A stretch of 64,000 nucleotides of DNA, taken from NCBI GenBank assembly GCA_965246715.1, contig CBDFFH010000015.1, positions 1 to 64,000 of the forward strand, read 5' to 3'. The position numbers were made by a program, and so were the translations under genes. Numbering within the stretch: position 1 is the stretch's first letter; the number at the start of each line of letters is the position of its first letter. This document shows, piece by piece, positions 21,366-32,844 of the stretch. The stretch comes from Chamaesiphon sp. (lineage in GTDB: Bacteria > Cyanobacteriota > Cyanobacteriia > Cyanobacteriales > Chamaesiphonaceae). The notes beneath the pieces are model-generated. The model did no database searches and had not been told where the DNA came from. It was given only the letters and a program-made list of their open reading frames with translations.

Positions 21366-24300
21366 ATGCCTCGCCGGACTGACATTCACAAAATCTTGCT
21401 CTTAGGTTCTGGGCCGATTGTCATCGGACAAGGATGCGAGTTTGACTATTCTGGTACCCAAGCTTGCAAAGCATTGCGCGAAGAAGGTTATCAGGTCATC
21501 CTGGTTAATTCCAATCCTGCGACCATTATGACCGACCCAGATACCGCCGATCGGACGTATATCGAGCCGCTCACGCCAGAGTTGGTCGAAAAGGTCATCG
21601 CCAAAGAACGTCCCGATGCCTTGCTGCCAACGATGGGCGGACAGACAGCGCTAAATCTGGCTGTCACGCTCGCCAAAACTGGAGTGTTGGAGAAATATGG
21701 GGTCGAGTTGATCGGCGCAAAATTAGCCGCGATCGAAATGGCCGAAGATCGGTTGTTATTTAAAGAGGCGATGGCGCGGATCGGGGTGCCAGTTTGTCCG
21801 TCAGGTATTGCTAAAAGCCTCGTGGAGGCAAGAGCAGTCGGAAAAGAGATTGGGACGTATCCGCTGATCGTTCGCCCTGCCTTTACCATGGGTGGAGCCG
21901 GAGGTGGGATTGCTTATAATCAGGAAGAATTTGAAGAAATCGCCCAAAGCGGGATCGATGCATCACCTGTCGATCAAATTTTGGTGGAGAAATCGCTGCT
22001 CGGCTGGAAAGAATACGAGCTGGAAGTAATGCGGGATCTAGCAGATAACGTGGTGATTATTTGTTCGATCGAAAATATCGATCCGATGGGCATTCATACT
22101 GGTGACTCGATTACGGTTGCACCAGCCCAAACACTGACAGATAAAGAGTATCAGCGGTTGCGAGATGCCTCGCTCAAAATCATCCGCGAGATTGGGGTCG
22201 AGACAGGTGGCTCGAATATTCAGTTTGCAGTCCATCCCGATACGGGCGAATTTATTGTCATCGAGATGAATCCCCGCGTGAGTCGGAGTTCCGCGCTCGC
22301 ATCCAAGGCGACGGGATTTCCGATCGCTAAATTTGCAGCTAAGTTAGCGGTGGGTTATACACTCGATGAAATTCCCAACGATATTACCAAGAAAACCCCA
22401 GCTTCATTCGAGCCGACGATCGATTACGTCGTCACCAAAATTCCTCGGTTCGCATTTGAAAAATTCCCAGGATCTCAGCCAAATTTGACGACGCAGATGA
22501 AGTCTGTTGGTGAAGCAATGGCGATCGGTCGCACATTTCAAGAATCATTTCAAAAAGCCTTACGATCGCTCGAAATCGGTCGATTTGGTTGGGGCTGCGA
22601 TCGCGATGAGTCTTTACCCTCGATCGAGCAAGTCCGTTCGCTCCTGCGGACTCCGACACCCGATCGGATTTTTAGCATCCGCCATGCGATGCAACTCAAG
22701 GTATCATCAGAAGATATCTACGATCTGACTGGAGTAGATCCGTGGTTCCTCGATAAACTACAGGGAATCTTGACTACCGAACTATTCCTGAAGACTCAGC
22801 AATTGCCAGATCTTACTAAAGAGCAATTGTGGGATGTCAAACGGCAAGGATTTAGCGATCGCCAGATTGCCTATGCTACCAAAACTACCGAAGATGAAGT
22901 CCGCAGCCATCGCAAATCGCTGGGCGTAATTCCTGCTTATAAATTAGTCGATACCTGCGCCGCTGAATTTGAAGCCGAGACACCATATTACTACTCCACC
23001 TATGAGGACGAGACCGAAGTAATTCCTTCGACGCGGCGGAAAGTCATGATTCTCGGCGGTGGGCCAAATCGGATCGGTCAAGGGATCGAATTTGACTACT
23101 GTTGCTGTCATGCTGCTTATGCCCTCAGCAAGCAGGGCTTTGAGACGATCATGGTCAACTCCAACCCCGAGACGGTTTCTACCGACTACGATACTAGCGA
23201 TCGCTTGTACTTTGAACCGCTGACCAAAGAGGATGTCCTGAATATCATCGAAGCCGAGCAACCCGAAGGCATCATCATCCAATTTGGCGGCCAAACTCCG
23301 CTTAAATTAGCGGTACCTTTACAAGCATATCTGGACGCACAGAGTACACACCGAGCGGAGCATCCAGAGAGTGCTTTATTAGAGACGAAGATTTGGGGAA
23401 CTTCGCCAGATGCGATCGACATGGCGGAAAATCGGGAAAGATTCGAGCGCGTGTTGCGGGAGTTGGGAATTCAACAGCCCGCAAATGGGATGGCGCGCAA
23501 TTATGACGACGCGCTGCATGTAGCAAATCAGATCGGCTATCCCGTTGTGGTACGTCCCTCCTATGTCTTGGGCGGACGCGCGATGGAGATCGTCTATTCC
23601 GATACCGAACTCGAACGCTACATGACCTATGCGGTACAGGTCGAGCCAGATCATCCGATTTTAATCGATCGATTCCTGGAAAATGCGATCGAGGTCGATG
23701 TCGATGCGATCGCGGATGCTACTGGCAAGGTGGTGATTGGCGGCATTCTGGAACATATCGAGCAAGCCGGGATTCACTCTGGAGACTCAGCTTGTTCGCT
23801 CCCCTATGTATCGCTCTCCGAGACCACTGTTGCCACGATTCGGCTGTGGACGACTCAACTCGCCCAAGCCTTGAAGGTGGTTGGGTTGATGAATATTCAG
23901 TTCGCCGTCCAGGGTGAGCAGGTATTTATTATCGAAGCAAATCCGCGCGCCTCGCGGACGGTGCCCTTCGTTGCGAAAACAACAGGTATCCCATTAGCGG
24001 GTTATGCCGCGCGGATTATGTCCGGTGAAACGCTGGCGCAATTGAATTACACTCAGGAAGTAATTCCCACCCATATCGCCGTTAAAGAGGCGGTGTTGCC
24101 ATTTGAGAAGTTTCCTGGTACCGATACGATTTTAGGCCCCGAGATGCGATCGACTGGCGAAGTCATGGGCATCGATGCGGGATTCGGTCGTGCTTATGCC
24201 AAAGCAGCACTCGCCGCCGGACAGCGACTACCCTTGACAGGCAAAGTATTTGTCTCGATGAACGATCGCGATAAACTGACTGTCGTACCGATCGTGCGCG

Positions 24301-24638
24301 ATTTTATCGCCCTGGGCTTTAAGATTATTGCCACATCAGGCACCCAACAGGTGTTGGCAGAACATGACTTGGTTGTCGAGTCTGTACTAAAACTGCATGA
24401 AGGTCGTCCTCATGTCGTCGATATCATCAAGAACGGCCAAATCCAACTGATTATTAATACCCCGTCGGGAGAGGAAGCTCAAGCTGATGGTAAATTAATT
24501 CGGCGCACGGCATTAGTATATAAGATTCCGATGGTCACGACGATCGCTGGTGCTAAAGCAACTGCTGCGGCAATTCGATCGCTCCAATCACAACCGTTGG
24601 AAGTCAAAGCATTGCAAGATTATCTGGCGGAATTGTAA
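21366..24638 (+). CDS. carB: Carbamoyl-phosphate synthase large subunit
   Basis: [30 protein letters not shown]; duplicated ATP-grasp domains; MGS domain. Confidence 0.99.
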   Translation: MPRRTDIHKILLLGSGPIVIGQGCEFDYSGTQACKALREEGYQVILVNSNPATIMTDPDTADRTYIEPLTPELVEKVIAKERPDALLPTMGGQTALNLAVTLAKTGVLEKYGVELIGAKLAAIEMAEDRLLFKEAMARIGVPVCPSGIAKSLVEARAVGKEIGTYPLIVRPAFTMGGAGGGIAYNQEEFEEIAQSGIDASPVDQILVEKSLLGWKEYELEVMRDLADNVVIICSIENIDPMGIHTGDSITVAPAQTLTDKEYQRLRDASLKIIREIGVETGGSNIQFAVHPDTGEFIVIEMNPRVSRSSALASKATGFPIAKFAAKLAVGYTLDEIPNDITKKTPASFEPTIDYVVTKIPRFAFEKFPGSQPNLTTQMKSVGEAMAIGRTFQESFQKALRSLEIGRFGWGCDRDESLPSIEQVRSLLRTPTPDRIFSIRHAMQLKVSSEDIYDLTGVDPWFLDKLQGILTTELFLKTQQLPDLTKEQLWDVKRQGFSDRQIAYATKTTEDEVRSHRKSLGVIPAYKLVDTCAAEFEAETPYYYSTYEDETEVIPSTRRKVMILGGGPNRIGQGIEFDYCCCHAAYALSKQGFETIMVNSNPETVSTDYDTSDRLYFEPLTKEDVLNIIEAEQPEGIIIQFGGQTPLKLAVPLQAYLDAQSTHRAEHPESALLETKIWGTSPDAIDMAENRERFERVLRELGIQQPANGMARNYDDALHVANQIGYPVVVRPSYVLGGRAMEIVYSDTELERYMTYAVQVEPDHPILIDRFLENAIEVDVDAIADATGKVVIGGILEHIEQAGIHSGDSACSLPYVSLSETTVATIRLWTTQLAQALKVVGLMNIQFAVQGEQVFIIEANPRASRTVPFVAKTTGIPLAGYAARIMSGETLAQLNYTQEVIPTHIAVKEAVLPFEKFPGTDTILGPEMRSTGEVMGIDAGFGRAYAKAALAAGQRLPLTGKVFVSMNDRDKLTVVPIVRDFIALGFKIIATSGTQQVLAEHDLVVESVLKLHEGRPHVVDIIKNGQIQLIINTPSGEEAQADGKLIRRTALVYKIPMVTTIAGAKATAAAIRSLQSQPLEVKALQDYLAEL

Positions 24639-24643
24639 CTCAC

Positions 24644-24677
24644 TTCGAGGACAGCAGCAGGTGCTGCTGTCCTCGAA
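24644..24677. terminator. Hairpin between convergent carB and cutA
   Basis: TTCGAGGACAGCAGCA-GG-TGCTGCTGTCCTCGAA perfect stem. Confidence 0.6.
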
Positions 24678-24725
24678 CCTAATTTGCTGTCAGTAGGATT
24701 AGCAAGACTTTTATGGCTACATGGA

Positions 24726-25052
24726 CTATAGTACCGATCGGGTTACTTCACGAATCCACTGAAGATAGTCTAATGAGCCAGCCTCGATCGGTAGTTGGAT
24801 AATTTCCGGAATTTCGTAGCTATGATTGTCTTTGATACACTGCTCGATCGCGGCAAAGTTTATCGCTGGACATTTGATAAATAGCATCTGCTCGTTATCG
24901 ACATTCACCGCTTCATTCCAAGTATAATAACTTGCAATCTGAGTGACTTGAATACACGCTGCTAATTGTTGCGATAGTAACAGCCGTGCTAACTTATCTG
25001 CTTCTTCTCTAGTCGCAGTTGTGGTGATAACTACTGAAAATTTATTTTCCAT
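24726..25052 (-). CDS. cutA: Divalent-cation tolerance protein CutA
   Basis: LAACIQ, SYYTW, HSYEIPEII, YLQWI. Confidence 0.93.
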   Translation of the reverse strand: MENKFSVVITTTATREEADKLARLLLSQQLAACIQVTQIASYYTWNEAVNVDNEQMLFIKCPAINFAAIEQCIKDNHSYEIPEIIQLPIEAGSLDYLQWIREVTRSVL

Positions 25053-25284
25053 TTGTTTGCGTAAATCTCAACACAAGACTAAGATAGAATCATAGCAATC
25101 TTTATTGAAATGTGGATGAGCGGCGATCGTTCGAGCGTCTGCGGCACTAATTATCGAGAGGTCGCCGACTTGAGACAAGCGCGAAACTCGACGATCGACA
25201 AGTAACAACAGAGAACTACCAGTAGGCGATCGCTGAGATGGATCGGCTGGGGGTCGTAAGTGATAATATGCTGAAGATCGGATA

Positions 25285-27246
25285 TTGTTGCTGACAATGA
25301 AAAATTACCTGTTACCCACTGCTCTATTTGGCATCGCTGTATTAGTTAGCAAGATCGCGCCTGCTACGGCGCTTTCCCCTGTAGAAGTCCAAAGAATTGC
25401 CAAACAAACTACCGTGCAGATTACCGGATGCGATTTCGGTTCTGGGGTTATTATCCGCAAAAATGGCAATACTTATACAGTATTAACGGTGGCGCACAAT
25501 TTCAAAAAGAGTGGTTGTGAACTGACAACACCAGATGATACTAAATATCAGGTGGTACAGGTAAAAAAATTTCCTAACCAAGTCGATCTGGCTGTATTTA
25601 CTTTTACCAGTAACAAAACCTATTCAGTCGCCAAACTAATCGATAATTCCGATCGAGTCGAAGCCCTAGAAACTATCTATGTGTCTGGGTTTCCATTATC
25701 TACTGCAATTAATTCATCAGTTTTCTCGATCGTCAAGGGGGATGTGGTCGCAAATCCAGCGACAAAGCAGCAGGGTAAAGGCTATTCGCTAATTTATAGT
25801 AATAGTACATTGCCAGGACAGAGTGGTGGCCCGGTCTGGAATGATAAGGGCGAATTAATAGCCATTCACGGGCAAGGAGATATCGAAAGCAGCTCACAAG
25901 AAACGATTAATACCGGGATCAGGGTCAAGACTGGATACAATCTGGGCATAACTATCAATACTTTTAACAAACTTGCCACCATCGCAGGGGTAAATGTCAA
26001 TACACCTACAATCGTTGCAACGAGAGAAGTATCGATCTCCAAACCCATCCCAGTTAAACCAAAACCAGTAGACGATCTGATTGCTAGCTCGCTCCAAAAA
26101 GAGTCCAAAAGTGACTATCGGGGCATGTTAACCGATATGAACCAGGCGATCTCGATCGATTCACAAAACTCTCGCTTATACTTTATCCGTGGTACTGCCA
26201 AGTATGAATTAAATGATAAAAAAGGGGCGATCGAGGACTATAATCGCGCGATTGCCATCAATCCTAATTATGCTTATGCTTATAGCAATCGGGGTAATGC
26301 TAAGGATGACTTAGGCAATAAACCAGGCGCGATTGAGGACTATAACCGCGCGCTCGCCATCGATCCTAATGATGATAATGCTTACTACAATCGTGGTATT
26401 ACCAAGTCTGCTTTAGGCGATAAACCAGGCGCGATCGAGGACTATAATCACGCGATCGCCATCAATCCTAATTATGCTAATGCTTACTACACTCGTGGTA
26501 TTGCTAAGTCTGCATTAGGCAATAAACCAGGCGCGATTGATGACTTTACTCGTGCGATTGCTATCAATCCTAATTATGCTAATGCTTACAACAATCGTGG
26601 TAATGCCAAGTCTGCATTAGGCAATAAACCAGGCGCACTCGATGACTTTACTCGTGCGATTGCCATCAATCCTAATGATACTGATGCTTACAACAATCGG
26701 GGTAATGCTAAGGATGACTTAGGCAATAAAAAAGGGGCGATCGAGGATTATAATCGTGCGATTACCATCGATCCTAATAATGCTACTGCTTACTACAATC
26801 GTGGTGTTACCAAATCTGCATTAGGCAATAAACCAGGCGCGATTGATGACTTTACTCGTGCGATCGCCATCAATCCTAATTATGCTAATGCTTACAACAA
26901 TCGTGGTAATGACAAGTCTGCATTAGGCAATAAACCAGGCGCGATTGAGGATTATAATCGTGCGATTACCATCGATCCTAATAATGCTAATGCTTACTAC
27001 AATCGTGGTATTAACAAGTTTGCCTTAGGTGACAAACCAGGTGCGCTCGAGGATTTTAATCGTGCGATTGCCATCGATCCTAATGATGCTGATACTTACT
27101 ACAATCGTGGTAATGCCAAGTCTGCATTAAGCAATAAACCAGGCGCGATCGATGATTTTAAAAGAGCAGCCCAAATCTACAAGCAACAAGGTAAAACCAC
27201 TGACTATCAAGATGCACTGAGACGGATCGAAAAGTTGGGTTTATAG
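25285..27246 (+). CDS. Secreted trypsin-like serine protease with a C-terminal TPR array
   Basis: Signal peptide; LTVAH, VDLA and PGQSGGP triad; about 10 34-aa TPR repeats; start may be ATG 25297. Confidence 0.9.
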   Translation: MLLTMKNYLLPTALFGIAVLVSKIAPATALSPVEVQRIAKQTTVQITGCDFGSGVIIRKNGNTYTVLTVAHNFKKSGCELTTPDDTKYQVVQVKKFPNQVDLAVFTFTSNKTYSVAKLIDNSDRVEALETIYVSGFPLSTAINSSVFSIVKGDVVANPATKQQGKGYSLIYSNSTLPGQSGGPVWNDKGELIAIHGQGDIESSSQETINTGIRVKTGYNLGITINTFNKLATIAGVNVNTPTIVATREVSISKPIPVKPKPVDDLIASSLQKESKSDYRGMLTDMNQAISIDSQNSRLYFIRGTAKYELNDKKGAIEDYNRAIAINPNYAYAYSNRGNAKDDLGNKPGAIEDYNRALAIDPNDDNAYYNRGITKSALGDKPGAIEDYNHAIAINPNYANAYYTRGIAKSALGNKPGAIDDFTRAIAINPNYANAYNNRGNAKSALGNKPGALDDFTRAIAINPNDTDAYNNRGNAKDDLGNKKGAIEDYNRAITIDPNNATAYYNRGVTKSALGNKPGAIDDFTRAIAINPNYANAYNNRGNDKSALGNKPGAIEDYNRAITIDPNNANAYYNRGINKFALGDKPGALEDFNRAIAIDPNDADTYYNRGNAKSALSNKPGAIDDFKRAAQIYKQQGKTTDYQDALRRIEKLGL

Positions 27247-27280
27247 ATCGACGGTTGCGATCGATTTGGCTACAACATAA

Positions 27281-27546
27281 GAGGATGTTTGGAAATACGG
27301 ACAAAATCGTTGGCTTCGCCAACCGGAGGTAATCGATTTATACCAGCATTGGTGAAAATCCCCCTAAATCCCCCTTAAAAAGGGGGACTTTGTCCGGATC
27401 TTAGCCCCCTTATTTAAGGGGGTTTGGGGGATTTAGATCTCGAAGCGAAGTCTAATAGACTTGTGTATACACGGTAGCTTTTTAAGGGGGGCTAGGGGGA
27501 TTCTCTAGGGTTTGCAAGTGCGAAACTATACTTTCTAAACATCTTC
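27281..27546. mobile_element. MITE-like composite with nested C/G-run palindromes
   Basis: TIRs GAGGATGTTTGGAAA / TTTCTAAACATCTTC flanked by TAA on both sides; a similar left end occurs near 52520. Confidence 0.65.
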
Positions 27547-27764
27547 TAAGAAGATCCTCAGTTCCTTTCATCCATTAGACGACGTTTTCGTCAGCTCAGT
27601 TGCTCCTTGGGAGAATCGCTGCAAGCATCCCGATCTCGACAATGAATTGGATCGTCATTGAACAGATAAGGATCGATTACAATTGAGATTAATAAAGATC
27701 GTTTAGTGCAATTATTTAATATTATTCCAGATCCGATCGTCACGAGTCACTTAATAACTACCTT

Positions 27765-28547
27765 ATGACTTATTGTTTGGGAATTATTTCCGCTCATGGA
27801 TTGGTAATGGCAGCCGATTCTCGAACTAATGCCGGAGTCGATTATATTTCTACCTATCGCAAAATGTTTGATTTTTCGGTAGTCGGCGATCGCACGATAT
27901 TATTATGTGCGTCGGGAAATTTATCGATTACCCAAGCTGTAATGGCGAGTATCGATCGAGATTTGGCAAGTGCAGATATCGAAAATCTCCACTCCCATCA
28001 GAGTCTCTACGAGATGGCTGGTTATATCGGTCAAAAATTACGCCAGGTACAGGCGCGGGATCGAGAATGGTTGGATAAAGATGGCATCGATGCTAGTTGT
28101 AATATCTTACTAGGCGGACAAGTTCGGGGACAAGCGACGGAGTTATATCTGCTCTATAGTCAGGGCAATTTTATTAAAGCAATGCCCGAAACACCATTTC
28201 TGCAAATCGGTGAGGTTAAATATGGCAAGCCAATTTTAGACCGAACTTTGAAATACGATACGAGTGTTGAAGATGCGGCTAAATGCGCCCTCCTATCCTT
28301 TGATTCGACGATGAAATCGAATGTTTCGGTCGGCCCGCCGATCGATCTGGTCATGTATCATCATAATAGTCTCGAAATCCGCCATCAACTCACCCTCCGG
28401 CGCGGTCATCCCTATTTATTGCAAGTCCGCAGAGAATGGGAATCTTCGCTCAAAAATGCGTTCGATCGAATGCCGTCGATCGATTGGAATCGTAGCCATA
28501 GTTTAGAATTGGAACCGACGGATATTTCAGGTTTTTTGAATTATTAA
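27765..28547 (+). CDS. Proteasome-type Ntn peptidase (Anbu)
   Basis: N-terminal (M)TYC catalytic Thr; DSRTNAGVD, QIGEVKYGKPILDR, STMKSNVSVGPP. Confidence 0.93.
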   Translation: MTYCLGIISAHGLVMAADSRTNAGVDYISTYRKMFDFSVVGDRTILLCASGNLSITQAVMASIDRDLASADIENLHSHQSLYEMAGYIGQKLRQVQARDREWLDKDGIDASCNILLGGQVRGQATELYLLYSQGNFIKAMPETPFLQIGEVKYGKPILDRTLKYDTSVEDAAKCALLSFDSTMKSNVSVGPPIDLVMYHHNSLEIRHQLTLRRGHPYLLQVRREWESSLKNAFDRMPSIDWNRSHSLELEPTDISGFLNY

Positions 28548-29384
28548 CCGATAGTTCATTTCCATGCCAATATTACCGATCGTTTGTAACTTGCCCTCAA
28601 CGGGGGTTGTCTGCGTCGGGAACGGGCTAGAGCAGATCGCAATGTGGTGGGCAGCCACCAGTAAGCCATGAGTGGGGTCATAGCCCCGCCAGCCCCCACC
28701 AGGAAGATATATTTCCGCCCAAGCATGAAGATGTCTGTCGTCGGTTTCGGCTCCCGCTTCATAGCCGCTGACAAATCGCCCCGCCAAGCCTACCGCTCGA
28801 CAAACTTCGATAAATAATACGACTAAATCTCGACAGGAACCGGAGCGATTTTGCCAGGTAATACTGGGCGGAAGTGGGGCACCAGTATCGCGGAGGATAT
28901 ATTTACAACTATGGTAGATTTGCTGATTGAGTTCGCTGGCAAAAGCGATCGAATTACCTGCGACAGTGTGCCAGATTTCTGCTGCTAATTGTGCTGCAAT
29001 TGGGTCGATCGATCGACCCAAATAGCCTGCTAGATATGGTTGCAATTGTTGGGATAACGAAACAGGATAATCGATCGGTAATTGTGTCGCCCACGGCTCT
29101 AGCAGGTAATTAAACGGATCGCTGAGATTGGTAGAAACTGTGGTTTGAGCATGAACGTGGAGGTTAGTAGCCAGATGATTATCGAACCAAGCCACAAGCT
29201 GATTATTGCCATCAAGATCTACAGTTTCAACAAGTTTTTCAGGAGTAGGCGAGATCGAGAGATCGAAGTTTAGCAACGATTGATGGACATTCGATCGCGG
29301 GCGCAATCTTAACTGGTGGGGCGCGAAATTTACTGGTTGACTGTAGGTATATTCGATCGAATGCTGAATCTGGTAAACAGTCAT
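28527..29384 (-). CDS. Transglutaminase-like protein with a Bact_transglu_N domain
   Basis: YQIQHSIEYTY, LRLRPR, GSCRD, RFVSGY, HAWAE, YDPT triad. Confidence 0.92.
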   Translation of the reverse strand: MTVYQIQHSIEYTYSQPVNFAPHQLRLRPRSNVHQSLLNFDLSISPTPEKLVETVDLDGNNQLVAWFDNHLATNLHVHAQTTVSTNLSDPFNYLLEPWATQLPIDYPVSLSQQLQPYLAGYLGRSIDPIAAQLAAEIWHTVAGNSIAFASELNQQIYHSCKYILRDTGAPLPPSITWQNRSGSCRDLVVLFIEVCRAVGLAGRFVSGYEAGAETDDRHLHAWAEIYLPGGGWRGYDPTHGLLVAAHHIAICSSPFPTQTTPVEGKLQTIGNIGMEMNYRLIIQKT

Positions 29385-29461
29385 ATAGCAACCTGCAAAA
29401 GTAAAAACACAATCTTTCCCAGTACTGGTTTCATCTAAAAATACACCCTATTCCCTATTCC

Positions 29462-30412
29462 CTATAGTGCCACCTGTGGATCGAGCGTCAAAAAAGTATC
29501 ACTGATTTCTTGGGAAACACTATTGAGCCGACTTTGGGTGCGATCGAGAAATTCATGTAAGCCAATTTCAATGATTTCTTCGATCGACATAAAATCTAGT
29601 TCCGATCGCAGTTTACCTAATTGATGCTCGGCAGAATTGCACCAAGTATTGCTACGACTACCACTAATTAGATGCAGACATTTTTCAGCAGAGTTGAGAC
29701 AATATTGAATCGATCTGGGGAACTCGCGATCGAATATTAAAAACCGTGCGATATCTGATGGGCTAATTCGACGGTAAGTTTTGCGGTACATTTCATAAGC
29801 ACTCGCCGACTTTAATAACGAGATCCACTGCAATTCATCTAATGCTGAACCGACACCATTAGGTAAGATAATAAAATACTTGACATCCAAAATCCGCGCC
29901 GTTTTATCAGCCCGTTCGATCGATCGTCCGATCTGTCCAAAATGCCACGCCTCATTGTGAGACATCGTTGCATCCATCACGCCCGCAAACTGGTGACTAG
30001 CCATTTTTACCGCTGCAAAAAAACCTGGTAAATCTGGCTTAACTTTAGCTTCTGCGGCTTCTTTTACCATAAAGTAAAAACTGTTTACCTGCTCCCATGT
30101 CTCCGATGAAATAATTTCCCGCACCGATCGAGCGTTGTGTCGCGCAGATTGGAGACAGGATAAAATTGAGTTGGGATACTTCTCATCATAAGTAAGAAAC
30201 TGCACCACATTTTGCGCCGTAGCCGCTCCATAACGACTGCGAAAAATATCTAAATCGCCAGTAGTAATTACAATCGGTTCCCACTGTCGATCGTCTACTA
30301 CCACACTATCGAGTAATAAGTTAAGGTTGACATCAACAAATCGAGCGATATTTTCGGCACGTTCGATATAACGATTGAGCCAGTAGATTGAGTTAGCAAC
30401 GCGACTTAGCAT
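29462..30412 (-). CDS. Alpha-E domain protein (DUF403)
   Basis: MLSRVANSIYWLNRYIERAEN, ARHNARSVRE, IERADKTAR, FPRS. Confidence 0.93.
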   Translation of the reverse strand: MLSRVANSIYWLNRYIERAENIARFVDVNLNLLLDSVVVDDRQWEPIVITTGDLDIFRSRYGAATAQNVVQFLTYDEKYPNSILSCLQSARHNARSVREIISSETWEQVNSFYFMVKEAAEAKVKPDLPGFFAAVKMASHQFAGVMDATMSHNEAWHFGQIGRSIERADKTARILDVKYFIILPNGVGSALDELQWISLLKSASAYEMYRKTYRRISPSDIARFLIFDREFPRSIQYCLNSAEKCLHLISGSRSNTWCNSAEHQLGKLRSELDFMSIEEIIEIGLHEFLDRTQSRLNSVSQEISDTFLTLDPQVAL

Positions 30413-30437
30413 GGAATTAGGGGATAGGGGATAGGGG

Positions 30438-31915
30438 TACCCCTGTTAAGGTGAGCTGTTGTACTAGTGCAGCCTCAAAGGGCATAAAAGCGGAGTATAA
30501 TCCGACTTGAAAGCCAAAAACCGAACCAGAGAGGGAATTGAAGATGATTAGTAACATCTTTGAGAGATTTGTAGAGCAGACACCCTTGACAGTGATGGTC
30601 AGAGCAATCATGGAAAAAATCTTTGCCACAGAGCAACTAGAACAGTTGTTTGAGGACACAGCAGAGCGGCAGTACACCAGAGAACTCCTATTCTCAAGTG
30701 TAGTCGGAATCATGAGCTTAGTCGTCTGCGGAATTTATCCATCAGTTGGCGCAGCCTACAAAGCATTCGAGAAAGTGGTGGGGGTATCAAAAGTATCATT
30801 GTACGCAAAAATCAATGGACTGGAACCAAAGCTATCACAGGCATTGGTGCGGTACAGCAGCGAACAACTCTCATCAGTGGTGGCAGAATTTACTCAAGCA
30901 AGCAAGATTATCTTGCCGGGATATGAAGTCAGAATCATTGATGGGAATCACATCGGGGGGACAGAACATCGAATCAAGGTGTTACGACTGCAAGCAGCAG
31001 GGGCACTACCAGGACAAGCAATCGCAGTGCTAGACCCGCAGCGAGAAATGGTTGTGGATGTATTTCCCGAAGAAGATGCTCACGCACAAGAACGGTCATT
31101 GTTGCCATCCGTGCTGGAAACGGTTACAGCAGGGCAAGTCTGGATTGCTGACCGAAATTTTTGTACCAAAGACTTTTTGACTGGCATTAGTACCCGGGAA
31201 GCCAGTTTCGTGATTCGAGAACACCTCGGTTTGAAATGGACAGAAATCACCCCCAGAGTAGAAATAGGTCAAAACGATAGTGGCACTATCTTCGAGCAAC
31301 AGGTGCAGCTTGATAGTGGCATTTGTGTCCGCCGAATTACGATTCAACTCAAACAACCAACTCGTCATGGCGATGCTCAAGTGACAGTGTTAACTAATTT
31401 GCCTGACACCGATGTGACAGCCTTGATTGTGGCAGATCTCTACCTCAAGCGGTGGCAAATCGAACAGATGTTCCAAGTGATTACGGATATATTTAATTGC
31501 GAACTCCAGACCTTGGGTTATCCCAAAGCGGCATTATTCGTGTTTTGGATGGCACTGATGGCTTTCAACATTCTATCTACGGTCAAAGCTGCGCTCAAAG
31601 ATGTTCATGGTGCCGGAAAAATTGAGTCGGGCTTGTCCAATTATTATGTGGTTGAAGAAGTCCAGTCAACTTTTAGAGGGATGGAGATTGCAATTGTTGC
31701 TGAGGATTGGAAACCTTTTGCACTGATGAGCGTGGCGTTATTGGCGGAATTTTTACGAGACTGTGCTAGTCATGTCAATCTCAACCGCTTCTTGTCTTCT
31801 CCACGAGGAGCGAAAAAGCCGACTAACAAGAAGAAGTATGACCCCAAACGTCCGCATGTTGCTACTTTTCGGCTTCTCACTACTTAGTAGTTTAACTGTC
31901 ACCTTAACAGGGGTA
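30438..31915 (+). mobile_element. IS4-family insertion sequence (1478 bp)
   Basis: Perfect 17-bp TIR TACCCCTGTTAAGGTGA; flanked by GGGATAGGGG on both sides, within an (ATAGGGG)n tract. Confidence 0.92.
30538..31887 (+). CDS. IS4-family DDE transposase
   Basis: IIDGN, WIADRNF, LYLKRWQIEQMF (YREK-type motif). Confidence 0.92.
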   Translation: MKMISNIFERFVEQTPLTVMVRAIMEKIFATEQLEQLFEDTAERQYTRELLFSSVVGIMSLVVCGIYPSVGAAYKAFEKVVGVSKVSLYAKINGLEPKLSQALVRYSSEQLSSVVAEFTQASKIILPGYEVRIIDGNHIGGTEHRIKVLRLQAAGALPGQAIAVLDPQREMVVDVFPEEDAHAQERSLLPSVLETVTAGQVWIADRNFCTKDFLTGISTREASFVIREHLGLKWTEITPRVEIGQNDSGTIFEQQVQLDSGICVRRITIQLKQPTRHGDAQVTVLTNLPDTDVTALIVADLYLKRWQIEQMFQVITDIFNCELQTLGYPKAALFVFWMALMAFNILSTVKAALKDVHGAGKIESGLSNYYVVEEVQSTFRGMEIAIVAEDWKPFALMSVALLAEFLRDCASHVNLNRFLSSPRGAKKPTNKKKYDPKRPHVATFRLLTT

Positions 31916-32116
31916 GGGATAGGGGATAGGGGATAAGGCTTTGTTTTGGGTTGGCTGGAGTGCAAAATTCTCCCTTATAAAGGGTTAGCTCTTCCGGCTC
32001 CCTCCCCTTTATAAGGGGAGGGTTGGGGTGGGGTAAAGGACTACGCAGCAATCCAAGCTACAGATTTATATTTAATGCTTGAATGTATAATATTTGGGTC
32101 GATATTCGATCGCTCA

Positions 32117-32608
32117 ATGAAAGTCAGAGTTGCTACTCCCAACGATGTATCGCTAATTGTCTCATTCATCCACAAGAAATCTGAATTTGTTGGCGTAGCC
32201 TCTCGGAACGAGAATCGAAACATTGGTGCTTTCTCCGGTATGTTGCAGGTATCTGAAGATAAAGTAAGTAAAACACTTTTCGGTACAATCCCGTTTGCTT
32301 ACGTTTTGTTTGCAGAATCTTTAGATATTGAAATTGGCTTTGCACTCTATGAATTTAGATATTCATCATTTATCTGTCAGCCAAGTATCTGGCTTGACGA
32401 TCTATATGTAGATGCAGAAATGAGAAGTCAGAGGGCTGGTGCAATATTAATGGATGAACTAGCTAGAATTGCTAAGGTGAATGATTGTAGTCATCTGGCG
32501 TGGAATGCTGATGCTCGAAATGTTCGTGGAATCAGTTTTTATCATCGGTTAGGTGCAGAAATTATAGAGCAACATGGCAATCGATGTTTTTTCAAATGGA
32601 TTCCGTAG
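32117..32608 (+). CDS. GNAT-family N-acetyltransferase with an 8-aa in-frame repeat insertion
   Basis: VRVATPND, IWLDDLYV, FYHRLGA; start likely ATG 32117. Confidence 0.85.
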   Translation: MKVRVATPNDVSLIVSFIHKKSEFVGVASRNENRNIGAFSGMLQVSEDKVSKTLFGTIPFAYVLFAESLDIEIGFALYEFRYSSFICQPSIWLDDLYVDAEMRSQRAGAILMDELARIAKVNDCSHLAWNADARNVRGISFYHRLGAEIIEQHGNRCFFKWIP

Positions 32609-32609
32609 T

Positions 32610-32695
32610 TGTAGGTTGGGTAAAGCGAAAGCGAAACCCAACACTCACAAATAGCTGGCTGAGACAGTTGGGTTGAAGAATGAAACCCAACCTAC
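32610..32695. repeat. GTAG-type REP doublet
   Basis: GTAGGTTGGGT...AACCCAAC...GTTGGGTT...AACCCAACCTAC; other GTAG palindromes near 12700 and 53874. Confidence 0.7.
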
Positions 32696-32844
32696 AGATT
32701 TACTGGGGTGCTTCGTTTCGGGAAGCCTAGGGTGCAGAATCCCCTCCTCGGAGGGGTGCCCGTAGGGCGGAGTGGGTAGATCTCCGCATCAATCGAGTCA
32801 TTCTAAATCTGGTGCGTCACGCTTCGCGATAACACACCCTACGA

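Noticed and set aside
26160..27170. Regularly spaced repeats as a possible CRISPR array or DGR template
   Set aside because: The 102-bp period is in-frame TPR coding sequence, with no unique spacers and no cas or reverse-transcriptase gene in the window.
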